A stretch of 61,281 nt of DNA, the filler included. It is 7 parts of 7 records of this genome, joined end to end, with 100 filler letters (N's around TTAATTAATTAA, not from the genome) between each part and the next. Parts side by side here need not be neighbours in the genome. Positions count along the whole stretch, not along the records: positions 17,835 to 33,667 come from SRR31147125_60207; positions 33,768 to 45,456 come from SRR31147125_60269; 5 more parts are not named here. One strand, 5' to 3'. Below the pieces are notes generated by a model. It did no database searches, had not been told where the DNA came from, and saw only the letters and a list, made by a program, of their open reading frames with translations. The translations under genes were made by a program, and so were the position numbers. Of this stretch, positions 31,992 through 42,275 are shown piece by piece; positions within the stretch are counted from its first letter, which is position 1, and each line of letters opens with the position of its first letter.

Positions 31992-32063
31992 CGTGTCTCT
32001 CTCTTAATTGATTTCGGCCATGGTTGACATTGGAAAAGTCTATACAATATAGCACAGCCTGAA

Positions 32064-32121
32064 AAAATAGGGGACAGACCTCTTTTACTGAATTGCGTAA
32101 ATGTGGTCTGCCCCCTATTTT
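32064..32121. repeat. REP-like palindrome (GGGACAGACC family)
   Basis: AAAATAGGGGACAGACC ... GGTCTGCCCCCTATTTT, related to the hairpin at 17941. Confidence 0.7.
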
Positions 32122-32139
32122 CCTCTCAGACAAGACAAT

Positions 32140-32175
32140 AAAAAAACGGGACGAGGCAACAGCCCGGTCCCGTTT
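32140..32175 (-). terminator. Rho-independent terminator
   Basis: Stem AAACGGGAC...GTCCCGTTT with an A-run (T-tail on minus strand) just after the OmpA-family stop. Confidence 0.6.
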
Positions 32176-32196
32176 GTCAATGGTGGAATAAGAAGC

Positions 32197-33279
32197 TTAC
32201 TTATCGGTAAGAATCCCCTGTACCCTCCGGTTCTGGGCTCGCCCGGCAGAGGAATTGTTGTCCGCGACCGGATCGTCGAAACCGAAGCCGGTCAGCGTAA
32301 TGCGTCCCGGGTCCACGCCTTCCGTATTGACCAGATAGTCGCGCACGCTCGATGCCCGCCGGTGGGACAGATCCAGGTTGTACTCCCGGGAGCCGACGTT
32401 GTCGGTGTGACCGGCAAGCACGACGCGGGCCTGAGGATGGCTCCGCATGTATTCGCCGACCTTGGCCAGCACTGCGTGATACATGGGTTTCACGCCCGCC
32501 TTGTCGAAATCGAACAGGATATTCTCCCACTCGTAGCCCATCTGGACCTCCTGCCCCCCGCCGGGCTTCGTGTCGGAGATATCGAACAGCGCGCCGGTCA
32601 TCCATTCAGGGTTACCGATCAGATCGGCGAAGCCGACCATGTACGAACAGTCGTTAACGTTGGCGATCTTCTTCATCTGTACGAGCCCCTTATCCTCCGC
32701 GCCGGCGTCCATCACGCCGAAACAGATATCGTACTGGGCGGCAAGCTGAGCGGCGATGTAGGACGGCGAGTCGTAGTTGGCTGCCGGCGTGTACTGGGCG
32801 TCGGTGAACAAAAAGATCACCGTCCGGCCCTCGAGGGTCGGCAGGATCTCGTTCAGCTCGAAGAGCCCCTGCTGCAGCAGTGTCGCGCCCATCGGCTCAC
32901 GGGGCATCTTCTTCAGCACATCGTGAAATTTCTTCTTGTCGTATACTTGCATCGGGTAATAGGAGGTGAGATTGTCAACCCCGTGCCCCGGCGTGAACGA
33001 GTAGATGCCGACCTTCCAGTTCATGTCAGGCAGCGTCGCGTTCTTCTCGTTTAAGATCTTGCGCTGGGCCTGCATCTCGGTCATCGAGGTGTTCATGAAT
33101 CTCGATGCCATCGATTCGGACCGATCGTACAGGATGATGAAATTGTCAGCTGTCCGGACCATATAGACGGGGGATCCGCCCCAATTCCATTCGATGGTTT
33201 CCTGGTGCCCAGAAGCGAGCGACCCGGCCGCACATACCAGCAGGAAAACCATTGATAAAAATAATGATTTCAATCGCAT
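32197..33279 (-). CDS. Exported vWA-like plus OmpA C-terminal domain protein
   Basis: RBS AGGAGG, signal peptide, DRSES (DxSxS) and FTD; ILFDFDK, GHTD..G..YN..LS.RRA and NRRV OmpA motifs. Confidence 0.88.
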   Translation of the reverse strand: MRLKSLFLSMVFLLVCAAGSLASGHQETIEWNWGGSPVYMVRTADNFIILYDRSESMASRFMNTSMTEMQAQRKILNEKNATLPDMNWKVGIYSFTPGHGVDNLTSYYPMQVYDKKKFHDVLKKMPREPMGATLLQQGLFELNEILPTLEGRTVIFLFTDAQYTPAANYDSPSYIAAQLAAQYDICFGVMDAGAEDKGLVQMKKIANVNDCSYMVGFADLIGNPEWMTGALFDISDTKPGGGQEVQMGYEWENILFDFDKAGVKPMYHAVLAKVGEYMRSHPQARVVLAGHTDNVGSREYNLDLSHRRASSVRDYLVNTEGVDPGRITLTGFGFDDPVADNNSSAGRAQNRRVQGILTDK

Positions 33280-33478
33280 AACAACCTCCTTAAAGGTGAC
33301 TGCAAGAAGTGGTGACGACTTTAATAGCAACGAATTGTTTTTCACGGTATCCATATAATCTTACACCTATTTTTTGTTTTTACAAATATTTGGTTTAAAT
33401 TAGGTGAATTAGAGAGTTTAAAAGAGGGTCAGACCCCTGTTTTCTACTATTTTCTATTTTCAGGAAACCATAAAACCA

Positions 33479-33667
33479 ATGACCGAACCCGCCCAATTCA
33501 TCGACGCATGCACCGAATGCGGAAACTGCGTCAAACAGTGCGCGTTCCTTCAACGACACGGAACCCCGACGGCACTGGCGCGGCGCTGGAAGACCGGTGA
33601 ACTCCCGGTCAACACACTCTATTCGTGCAACCTGTGCCGCCTCTGCGATGTCTTCTGCCCGGAAAAA
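33479..33667 (+). CDS. 4Fe-4S dicluster protein (5' fragment)
   Basis: CTECGNCVKQC and CNLCRLCDVFCP motifs. Confidence 0.8.
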
Positions 33668-33767
33668 NNNNNNNNNNNNNNNNNNNNNNNNNNNNNNNNN
33701 NNNNNNNNNNNTTAATTAATTAANNNNNNNNNNNNNNNNNNNNNNNNNNNNNNNNNNNNNNNNNNNN
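33668..33767. other. Artificial contig linker
   Basis: N44-TTAATTAATTAA-N44. Confidence 0.98.
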
Positions 33768-33896
33768 CCGGTGAATATCTGTCCAGGTACTTATATGTCG
33801 GAAAATTACAGTTATCTATTCTCCCTTGCCGTCCGCACCAATCCCTTTAATCCCAAAAATAAATCCGCTTCCATTACCCAATGATGTGCGTGGCCC

Positions 33897-35261
33897 TCAT
33901 CCAAATAATTTGTCGAGCGCAGTTGCGTCGGCAACCTTCTCGTCCAAGGCCACCTCTTTTACCGTTTTTCCCTCTTCCCAGGCTCTTTTGGCAATCTCAG
34001 CGGCCCGATCGTATCCGATACGGGGAATGAGCACGGTCACCAGTGCCAGACTTTGTTCAATATAGGATCGACTTCTCTTCTCGTCGGCAATGATTCCCTT
34101 AATACACTTCTCGGCAAAAAGAGAGGCTGCCGACGTGAGCAATTCAATGGATTGCAACAGATTGTGGGCAATGACGGGCAGCATGACATTGAGCTCAAAA
34201 TTACCCCCCTGTCCGCCCATGGTGATGGCGGCATCATTCCCCACCACCTGGGCTGCCACCTGAAGCACCGACTCGGGAATCACGGGATTGACCTTAGCCG
34301 GCATAATGGAGGATCCCGGCTGAAGCGATGGAATCATGATCTCTCCCAATCCGCAACGGGGGCCGGAGGCCAGCCATCGAATATCATTGGCGATTTTCAC
34401 CAGACTGATCGCCACAGTCTTCAATATACCGCTTGCCTCCACCGCTGCATCCTGTGCGGCCTGGGCTTCAAAGTGATTTTCCGCCTCCCGGAAGGGGATT
34501 CCGGTATGCTCGGAAATCAGAGCAATGACCGAAGGGGCGAAATCAGGATGGGCATTGAGTCCGCTCCCCACCGCCGTCCCTCCCAGGGCAAGCTCGGAAA
34601 GGGTCGGCGTCACCCCACGAAGCCGCTGGGCTGCAAGGGCCATTTGCCGGGCATAGCCTGAAAACTCATCACCCAAGGTGATGGGAACGGCGTCCTGAAG
34701 ATGGGTCCGTCCTATTTTCTTCACATCTTTGAATGCAGTTGCTTTATCTGATAGTGCCCCCTCAAGTGCCTCAATTGCCGGTATCAATTGCCCTTTGACT
34801 GCAACCAAAGCCGCCACATGAATCACCGTGGGGATCACATCGTTACTGGATTGCCCGGCATTGACATGGTCATTGGGATGCACCGGAAATTTGCCGCCTT
34901 TTTGACCGGTCAGAATCTCGTTGGCCCGTGAGGAGAGGACCTCATTCATGTTCATATTGGTGGAGGTGCCGGATCCGGTCTGGAAGATGTCCACCACAAA
35001 CTGATCGTCATGGTGACCGTCCATGACCTCTTCTGCTGAAGAGACTATGGCGCTACCCACAGACGCGTCGATCCCCCCCAGTTCGATATTCACTTTGGCA
35101 GCACATTTTTTTACCAGTGCCAGGGCATGAATGAATCGGGAGGGAAAGGTGATACCGCTCACCGGAAAATTTTCAACAGCCCGCTGGGTCTGGGCGCCGT
35201 AATAGGCATTTTCTCGAACTTTAACGATTCCCATAGTATCTTTTTCATCTCTTAGTTTCAT
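33897..35261 (-). CDS. fumC: Class II fumarate hydratase
   Basis: QTGSGTSTNMN.NEV, HPNDHVN..QSSND, GRTHLQDA and GSSIMPAKVNP. Confidence 0.93.
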   Translation of the reverse strand: MKLRDEKDTMGIVKVRENAYYGAQTQRAVENFPVSGITFPSRFIHALALVKKCAAKVNIELGGIDASVGSAIVSSAEEVMDGHHDDQFVVDIFQTGSGTSTNMNMNEVLSSRANEILTGQKGGKFPVHPNDHVNAGQSSNDVIPTVIHVAALVAVKGQLIPAIEALEGALSDKATAFKDVKKIGRTHLQDAVPITLGDEFSGYARQMALAAQRLRGVTPTLSELALGGTAVGSGLNAHPDFAPSVIALISEHTGIPFREAENHFEAQAAQDAAVEASGILKTVAISLVKIANDIRWLASGPRCGLGEIMIPSLQPGSSIMPAKVNPVIPESVLQVAAQVVGNDAAITMGGQGGNFELNVMLPVIAHNLLQSIELLTSAASLFAEKCIKGIIADEKRSRSYIEQSLALVTVLIPRIGYDRAAEIAKRAWEEGKTVKEVALDEKVADATALDKLFG

Positions 35262-35635
35262 TTAAATCCTCATAATTAAAATTTTTGTATGTTCTATTGA
35301 CAATAATAGAAATAATAAACTATTAAGCACCGTGAAATCATAGTGAATAAAACTGAACATTGTATAGAATTCCAAACCCAACACAATCAATTGACACAAA
35401 AATATATTGGGAGGGGGAGGGGCAAATCAGTAGCGTTCAAGCCCTTTTTTTTTAAATTTTACCCTTTTTGTAATTTTATCACCATAGTTCAAAACTGATT
35501 CATATTTTATTTTTTTGAAACTGGGATTAAGTGATCTTGAAAGCGTATTGTTATCCACTGAGGAAAGCCGCTTAACTTCTGAAATATCAACAATCCCGTA
35601 ATTTTGAAAAACAATAGTACGCTTCACTTTGGAGG

Positions 35636-36799
35636 GTGGACTTGCGCAAGTTTATATTAAATTTGATGGCACTCATACTTTGTCTTATCTCTTTTGCCGA
35701 TGCTTTTGCCGGAGACGTAAGTTATGCAATTTTTCCAACGCAATCTTCAATAAAAACAACAAAATGGAAAATCGGATACTATCAGGGAGGGGAGTACCTT
35801 GATTACAGGCAGACCCTAATCGCCACAGTCAAAGGGCTGGTTGAGTTGGGTTGGCTTTCCGCTTCTCTCAACTTAGAAGAGATTGAACTGCTGGAGGACA
35901 CTGCAAGCATTTGGAAAGCGTTGGCAATAAATACAGATAGCGATTATCTGAGCTTCTTGGAAGACGGATTTTACACTGCCGGGTGGATGAAGAGCTCCAG
36001 GAAAAACGTTGTAGATGGAATCAATCAACGCATTGAAAAAAAGAATGATATTGATTTATTCATCGCGATGGGTACATGGGCAGGGCAAGACCTGTCAAAA
36101 ATTTCAGCAGACACGAATATTGTTGTCATGAGTTCAAGTGATCCGGTTGGGGCGGGAATCATTAAATCTCCCTATGAGTCCGGTGCGAATAATTTACATG
36201 CCCATAATGATCCGACATTCAACGAAAGACAGATAAAATTTTTCCACGATGTCATACGATTTAAAAAATTGGGAATGATTTTTGAAAATAGCGATGTTGG
36301 AAAAAGTTATTCCGGCATCTCTTCTGTACAACGCCTTTCAATGGAGTTGGGTTTTGAAATTGTTACTTGCAATGCCGTAAGCGATACCCCGGATACTCAA
36401 AAAGCGGAAGAGGAATATCTCACTTGCATTGATAAAATCGCCTCTGAAGTAGATGCCCTTTATATTACTTCGCACGGTGGCGTAACCAATCGCAGTTTAC
36501 CAATGATTGTAAAAAAATCCTATCAATACAAACTTCCAACCTTATCTCAATCCGGTGAAAAAGAAGTTGAGAGGGGGCTTTTAATGAGTCTATCACGAAT
36601 AGACTTTCAAAAAATAGGAGTATTCCAAGCCGCAATCATTGCAAAAATTTTTAACGGTGCTAAACCTGGAGAGTTGAATCAAGTGTTTGAAGAGCCTGCC
36701 AGTATATCATTGAATATTGAAGCCGCACGTAAAATCGGCTATTTGCCGAGCGCTGATGTGATTGCATCTGCAGACATTATCATTCGCAATAATAATTGA
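35636..36799 (+). CDS. Periplasmic solute-binding protein (ABC_sub_bind-like)
   Basis: Signal peptide; AMGTWAG, SDPVGAGII, LPT.SQ and C-terminal N..AARKIG typical of this SBP class. Confidence 0.85.
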   Translation: MDLRKFILNLMALILCLISFADAFAGDVSYAIFPTQSSIKTTKWKIGYYQGGEYLDYRQTLIATVKGLVELGWLSASLNLEEIELLEDTASIWKALAINTDSDYLSFLEDGFYTAGWMKSSRKNVVDGINQRIEKKNDIDLFIAMGTWAGQDLSKISADTNIVVMSSSDPVGAGIIKSPYESGANNLHAHNDPTFNERQIKFFHDVIRFKKLGMIFENSDVGKSYSGISSVQRLSMELGFEIVTCNAVSDTPDTQKAEEEYLTCIDKIASEVDALYITSHGGVTNRSLPMIVKKSYQYKLPTLSQSGEKEVERGLLMSLSRIDFQKIGVFQAAIIAKIFNGAKPGELNQVFEEPASISLNIEAARKIGYLPSADVIASADIIIRNNN

Positions 36800-36913
36800 C
36801 ACCATTTTCATTGGTTTTTTTTGATATGAAACTATACGGTTTTATGATAAATTCATCGTCATTCCAAAGCCGACAAGATAAACTCTTTCCAACAATCAAT
36901 TTAACGAGGTCCT

Positions 36914-38044
36914 ATGAAAGAAATTCCATTTTCTAAATTAACTTCATTTGGAAATAATTTTGTTGTACTGGACGAAACTGAAAAACCCGTACTGACGGAA
37001 GAAGAAAAAAGAGCATTTGCCTACTACGCCACCGATGTGAATTTTGGTGTTGGGTGTGATAATTTCCTTGTTGTTCAGCGCTGCAATGAAAACACTTTGA
37101 ACGACATCAATGCAATTCATCAGTATTGGGATAATTTCCCCTCAACAAATAGTGCGGATTTAATATTCAGAATGTTTGAACCGGACGGGATCGAGGCGCT
37201 CTCTTGCGGTAATGGATTAATGTGCATTGCCAGATACCTCTTTAACACATACGGCATCAAAAAGGCAGAGATATTGACGAAAGTCCCGTCATCGACCCCA
37301 GGGGAAGTCACTATCGGCTGCGAAAACGGCGGTGCCGACTTTTTTGCCAATCTGGGAAGGCCCCAACGGGTATCTGATACACTGGTTGACAGGAAATTCT
37401 TGACCCGACATAGTGACAATATCGACATGATTAAGCATCTTGAGATCCGCCATTTCAGAGCGACGGATGTCTCTCGTTTCTTCAATGGGTCGGATATCGT
37501 TTATTTAAGTGGGTATCTCGTCTTCACAGGTGAACCCCATTTGGTCATTCTCAGTGATGCCGGATTTTCGACCAGGGAACCGGCAAAGCACATCTTCCCC
37601 ACGACAATAGAAGAAAGTCTATGCGGTCAGTTTTCCAACAAACGAATCAGCACCGGTTCGGAATTGGTCAATTTTATCGGCCACTATTTTTTGAAACATT
37701 ACAAGGACATCTTCCCCAAAGGGATCAATATCAATTTTGTTCGAAATATCCCCGGAGAAAACGCCATCGAATATCGTTGCTTTGAACGCGGTATCAACAA
37801 AGAGACGTTTGCATGTGGAACCGGTGCTTTGGCGTGTGCTTTTGTTATGCACTCGCTTGGGATGGTAGACACCGATGACATCCGACTGTGGCCCTATTTA
37901 TGCCGTATTCACAAGCACGATGCTGAAATCAAAGTGAAACAATCCAATGGTGAGTGGCGTATCTTTGGTCAGCCAACCTATTTATTCAACGGTCATTTTG
38001 CTACGCCCGAAACTCCGCCAACCAATGATTCCCCCCTCCAATGA
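36914..38044 (+). CDS. DapF-fold PLP-independent epimerase/racemase, divergent
   Basis: GNNF, GVGCD, SCGNG, EPH, FERG and ACGTG motifs with both catalytic Cys; 376 aa, longer than typical DapF. Confidence 0.85.
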   Translation: MKEIPFSKLTSFGNNFVVLDETEKPVLTEEEKRAFAYYATDVNFGVGCDNFLVVQRCNENTLNDINAIHQYWDNFPSTNSADLIFRMFEPDGIEALSCGNGLMCIARYLFNTYGIKKAEILTKVPSSTPGEVTIGCENGGADFFANLGRPQRVSDTLVDRKFLTRHSDNIDMIKHLEIRHFRATDVSRFFNGSDIVYLSGYLVFTGEPHLVILSDAGFSTREPAKHIFPTTIEESLCGQFSNKRISTGSELVNFIGHYFLKHYKDIFPKGININFVRNIPGENAIEYRCFERGINKETFACGTGALACAFVMHSLGMVDTDDIRLWPYLCRIHKHDAEIKVKQSNGEWRIFGQPTYLFNGHFATPETPPTNDSPLQ

Positions 38045-38189
38045 AATCGATAGAACGCCAACATAAAGCACCGATACCGGCCACTCTTTAGTGTAAATGA
38101 TGACGGAACGTTAACTTTGACGTTAGGCGGAGAAAAACGACCTTCAAATCGCGAATAACAACCTCTTCTCTGATTCTTACAAGGACCAC

Positions 38190-40679
38190 ATGACACCTTC
38201 TCAGCAAATTCCGGATAAAGGTCGGATGAATTATAGACTCGTCATTGCATCAACACTCATCGTTATGGGAGTGGTTCTACTAACGGCTCTTTTCAATCAA
38301 ACATCGTTGGAAAAGCTCTATTTCGACGTTTTCATCAAAAACGTATCCAATGATACCGCATTGCTCTCACGTGATCTCGACGCCCTTTCCAAAGAAAACT
38401 ATCCGACCGCCGGTGATAAAAATGCCATCATTCAAAATCACTATACCGGAATCCAAACGTTTCTAGGGAATACGACATTCGACACGGCTTCCATCGTCAA
38501 AGAGGGACATTTATCCGTTTCCCTTGCTTCCGAGAGTGGAACAATCCTATCCGGTTCCGATCCCAACCTGCACAATACCACCATCCCGACATCGGTATTA
38601 CGTTATCTCAACAACGTGCATACCCACAAGAACGGTGACGGTTATATCATTGAAAATAACACCGTGTATATCGGATATCCCATTGGTACGCCTATGGTCG
38701 AAGGTGAAACTTTCGTGCTGGTTTCCTTTCATCGGGACATGACTTCAATGTCGCTGGCAAACAGCGTAAATAGCGAACGACAGCTCTTTTGGATCCTTTT
38801 CGGAGCTTCCATTCTCCTTATGCTTGTTGTCATCCTAATTCTCCCCAAGCGCGCCTTAAATTCTCAGATCGCACGGAAGAGAACCTATACAACCACAATC
38901 TGTTTTTGCATTGCTTTCCAAATCGTGTTTTCCCTTTTTTACGGCACTGTTTATCGGGCTCAGCTTCTAAAGTTAGTACACAACAATGGCAAAACCATCC
39001 ACACCGAACTTGTTCATAAAATGGGTCAGATCTCTTCAGATGAATCAATGAAACATGGAGCGACATTACAAAAGGATATTCAAACAGTTGCAAAAAGCGT
39101 CCTCTCTAAACGAGAAGACGTCATGGGCATCTCCCTGACCCCCGACAATGATTCGGGTCTACACCCCATAACAATTGAAACGGCTTCAAGAACAACCTCT
39201 TCAAGTGTTTTTGGAGCGCTATATGATCATGATCGATTGATCTTCAAATCCCGGTGGACGCTTACCAATGCCGGCAGCGGTGAAATACGCGTACTTCCTT
39301 CAACTCGATTTTTAAATCATATGTTGTCGGAAATGGTAATGGACATCATTACGGTACTGGTGATTTCCATTCTTTTGTTGATGGAATTGATATTTCTTCT
39401 AAAGGCCTCTTTTGAAAAAGAGACAAGCAAGTCCGATCAGACAAAAACTGCCGTCAATTATATCCTCATGCGCCCCGCCATGTTTCTATTCTTATTTGCC
39501 ATAGACCTGTCCATGTCTTTCATTCCAATTTACATGGAACGTCTGTACGAACCGATGTTCGGTCTCTCAAGGGATGTTATTTTGGGATTACCGATCACAA
39601 TAGAGTTTATATTTGTAGGATTTGCCATTTTCGGAACCGGTTACTGGGTCGATCGAAGAGGATGGCATGAGCCTTTTATCGTCGGATTGCTGCTGAGCGC
39701 CTTGGGCGTCATTTACTCATGGCTGGCTCCGGATGGGCTCAATTTCATTTTATCTCGGGGAGTGATCGGTGTGGGCTACGGCCTTGCTCTCATGGCATCT
39801 CAAGGATTTGTCATCACCTTTACCGATCTTAAAACCAAAGCGCTCGGACTGGCGCAATTGTTTGCAGGGATTTATGCCGGTAGTATTTGCGGCGGCGCGG
39901 CAGGCGCCATGCTGGCGGACCGATTTGGGTTCAGTGTCACATTTCAGATTGGCGCAGCCATTATTATCGGTATCATCGCCTACACCTTTGCATTCATGCG
40001 ACATGCCATACAAAAGCCCATGCCTTCCCAATCCTCTCCATCGGCATCACCTGCCGCTCCATCCGGAAACACCCCTTTTTCAGATTTTATTCGAAATCGA
40101 ATTATCATCAGTTTGATTTTGCTCAGCAGTTTCCCTGCATCCGTTGCCATCGTCGGCTTTTTAAATTACTTTTGTCCGTTGTACTTGAACGGACTGGGTG
40201 TTACGCAATCCTCCATCGGGCGAATTTTGATGATATACGGGGTCAGCTTGGTATATTTCGGCCCCATCGTTGGAAAGTATACCGACCGTTCCAACAACAA
40301 AAAAATGTTTGTCTTGACAGGCTGCCTTTTGGGCAGTATGACGTTTTTAATATTTTATTTTGTCCAGGGAATCCTTGCCGCCATCCTAGCCCTCTTACTG
40401 CTCGGGCTTTCCAGCTGTTTTGTCCTGTCGTCTCAAAGCGCTTATATGCTCAACCTACAAGTCACCCGAAACTTTGGTCAGGGAAAAGCCATTGGTATTT
40501 TCAGATCTACGAGCCGATTGGGGCAAGCGCTGGGTCCAATTGTATTCAGTGCTCTAATCTTCGGTCAAACTCTTGAATCCGGCATTATTTTATTTGGACT
40601 TTTTTACTTATTAACGGCGCTGCTGTTCTTTATTTTCACAAGAAGTGACAGCCACCATCTCATTGAGGATTCCCCTTGA
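38190..40679 (+). CDS. MFS transporter fused to a large N-terminal membrane-anchored region
   Basis: C-terminal ~400 aa with about 12 TMs and motif-A-like GYWVDRRG and LADRFG; N-terminal ~420 aa with TMs separated by two soluble domains. Confidence 0.85.
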   Translation: MTPSQQIPDKGRMNYRLVIASTLIVMGVVLLTALFNQTSLEKLYFDVFIKNVSNDTALLSRDLDALSKENYPTAGDKNAIIQNHYTGIQTFLGNTTFDTASIVKEGHLSVSLASESGTILSGSDPNLHNTTIPTSVLRYLNNVHTHKNGDGYIIENNTVYIGYPIGTPMVEGETFVLVSFHRDMTSMSLANSVNSERQLFWILFGASILLMLVVILILPKRALNSQIARKRTYTTTICFCIAFQIVFSLFYGTVYRAQLLKLVHNNGKTIHTELVHKMGQISSDESMKHGATLQKDIQTVAKSVLSKREDVMGISLTPDNDSGLHPITIETASRTTSSSVFGALYDHDRLIFKSRWTLTNAGSGEIRVLPSTRFLNHMLSEMVMDIITVLVISILLLMELIFLLKASFEKETSKSDQTKTAVNYILMRPAMFLFLFAIDLSMSFIPIYMERLYEPMFGLSRDVILGLPITIEFIFVGFAIFGTGYWVDRRGWHEPFIVGLLLSALGVIYSWLAPDGLNFILSRGVIGVGYGLALMASQGFVITFTDLKTKALGLAQLFAGIYAGSICGGAAGAMLADRFGFSVTFQIGAAIIIGIIAYTFAFMRHAIQKPMPSQSSPSASPAAPSGNTPFSDFIRNRIIISLILLSSFPASVAIVGFLNYFCPLYLNGLGVTQSSIGRILMIYGVSLVYFGPIVGKYTDRSNNKKMFVLTGCLLGSMTFLIFYFVQGILAAILALLLLGLSSCFVLSSQSAYMLNLQVTRNFGQGKAIGIFRSTSRLGQALGPIVFSALIFGQTLESGIILFGLFYLLTALLFFIFTRSDSHHLIEDSP

Positions 40680-40680
40680 T

Positions 40681-42275
40681 ATGACATCTTCCAACCAAAC
40701 CAACAGGTGCGATATACCAACCGGCAAAACCGACGCGTTGGATGAGGCGCTCGGCATAGCTAGAAAATGTTCACCCATCATCGACAAAACCCTTGAGCTG
40801 TTTGGAGACGCTTCGATCCAAGAATATGGTCGGGAAATACTGGAGCCGCCGCCGCCGTCAGTGCAGCCGGTGGACGACTTTATCCATGTTGTCAGAGATC
40901 TTTCATGCGATCTTTTCGACAATGAGACGGCTGAGATGCTGGCCGTCGATCTAAAGAAGAATCCCGTGGCACTGACAGCCAACCATCACGGTGTGGACTA
41001 TTTTGCTCAATCGGTCCAGGGCAGCCTTATTTTTGCGTTGTTACAACAGGATCAAAACGCCAATCAAAATTGTGTGCTGGTCTTGTCTTGTGCCAACATC
41101 CCCTTGGATAACATTACCTATCCTCAAGGGTTTTTAATCTACAACATTGAAGGGAACTCCTTGGGCCCGTCTCCCCAAAAAATTCCTGTTTTTTCCAATA
41201 AACTCAGACGATGGATTGTTTGTGCATCAGCCGGCTATACAGATGAGATGATCAACCGCGTGAGGAAAAACCTATTAAATTTCGAAAAAAAGAGACCATC
41301 TCATCAACAACGGCCCAATGCCTGCAACGCATTTTAGAGCAAGAATATGGAGATCCAGCCATTGCCGAAATACCTGATTACTCCAGACAGGCAACGCTTC
41401 TAAATCACCGAATATGGAAACGGCTCCACAGGAATCATAGCAAAATGCCACGGTTGATTTGTCTTGAACTGGAAAAAGTATCGTCCCACGTCATTTTGAC
41501 GGATCTGACCAATAGTGACAGTTTAATTTTCATGGTGCTTTTCAATGGGACTCTCAGAAAAAACGTTTTCGAAGCACTGGACGGTCATCGGGCATGTTGG
41601 AAACACCTCTCAACGTCCGGTAACACATCCCTCGGTGAGTTACAACAGGGAACGCATTTTTTGGGGGATCAGCAAAACCGGTCGCAAATTTCCACTGACC
41701 ATCATCCAAACAGAAAACGGCAATGAGGTCCTGAGAGGTATTGACAACAAGGGAAAGCACGTGGAATATCCCTTTGACCCGGAATCATTGACATCTCTCA
41801 TTCAAACCAATCAACTGATTCCTTCTATTTTCACCTGCTTTTTGGTTCTCTCATTTGCCAGAGGCGTCAACTGCCTCGGCGGATATTACCAAGCGGCTTA
41901 TCTTCCCCAAATGCAAGCCGGATTTACCCAGGCACTGATACGGGCATCAGCAGATCACACCTTGGCTGAAATCATCGGTCAAATTCCGACAAACCGTTAC
42001 CTTTCGGGTATGCAACCGGTCATGGTCCCTTGGAACACCCGACATCTAATTCCTGCCGGTCCGGTGGAGATTGCGGCAGCAGGGGGCTGACCGATCTCGA
42101 AACCCGAAAAATACTAGCCATGAGTCTGAAAGACGCCCATCTGGCATCGCTTTTTGAAACCATTCCCGACATCGCCCCCCATGAAATTTCCTCTCCCGAA
42201 TGGAAGCAGAATTTAGCACAGGCGTGCTTTTCGGTTTTATCGGATAAAGTTGTTGTAAAAGGTGAGACGGTATGA
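40681..42275 (+). CDS. Uncharacterised ~530-aa protein split by three homopolymer frameshifts
   Basis: ORFs 40645-41337, 41445-41726, 41545-42090 and 42030-42275 join at A7 (41285-41291), T6 (41657-41662) and G5 (42082-42086); the joined gene fills the gap between MFS stop (40679) and kinase start (ATGA overlap at 42272-42275). Confidence 0.75.

Noticed and set aside
31821-32133. N-terminus of ORF 31096-32133 as given in the ORF track
   Set aside because: Wrong frame; the true LysR HTH is in the frame starting at 31991
32101-33054. 317-aa plus-strand ORF
   Set aside because: Antisense shadow of the vWA-OmpA gene
41285-41292. A7G run as a programmed -1 ribosomal frameshift site
   Set aside because: It fits A-AAA-AAG, but the same gene has two more homopolymer breaks and four other genes show the same pattern; sequencing error is simpler
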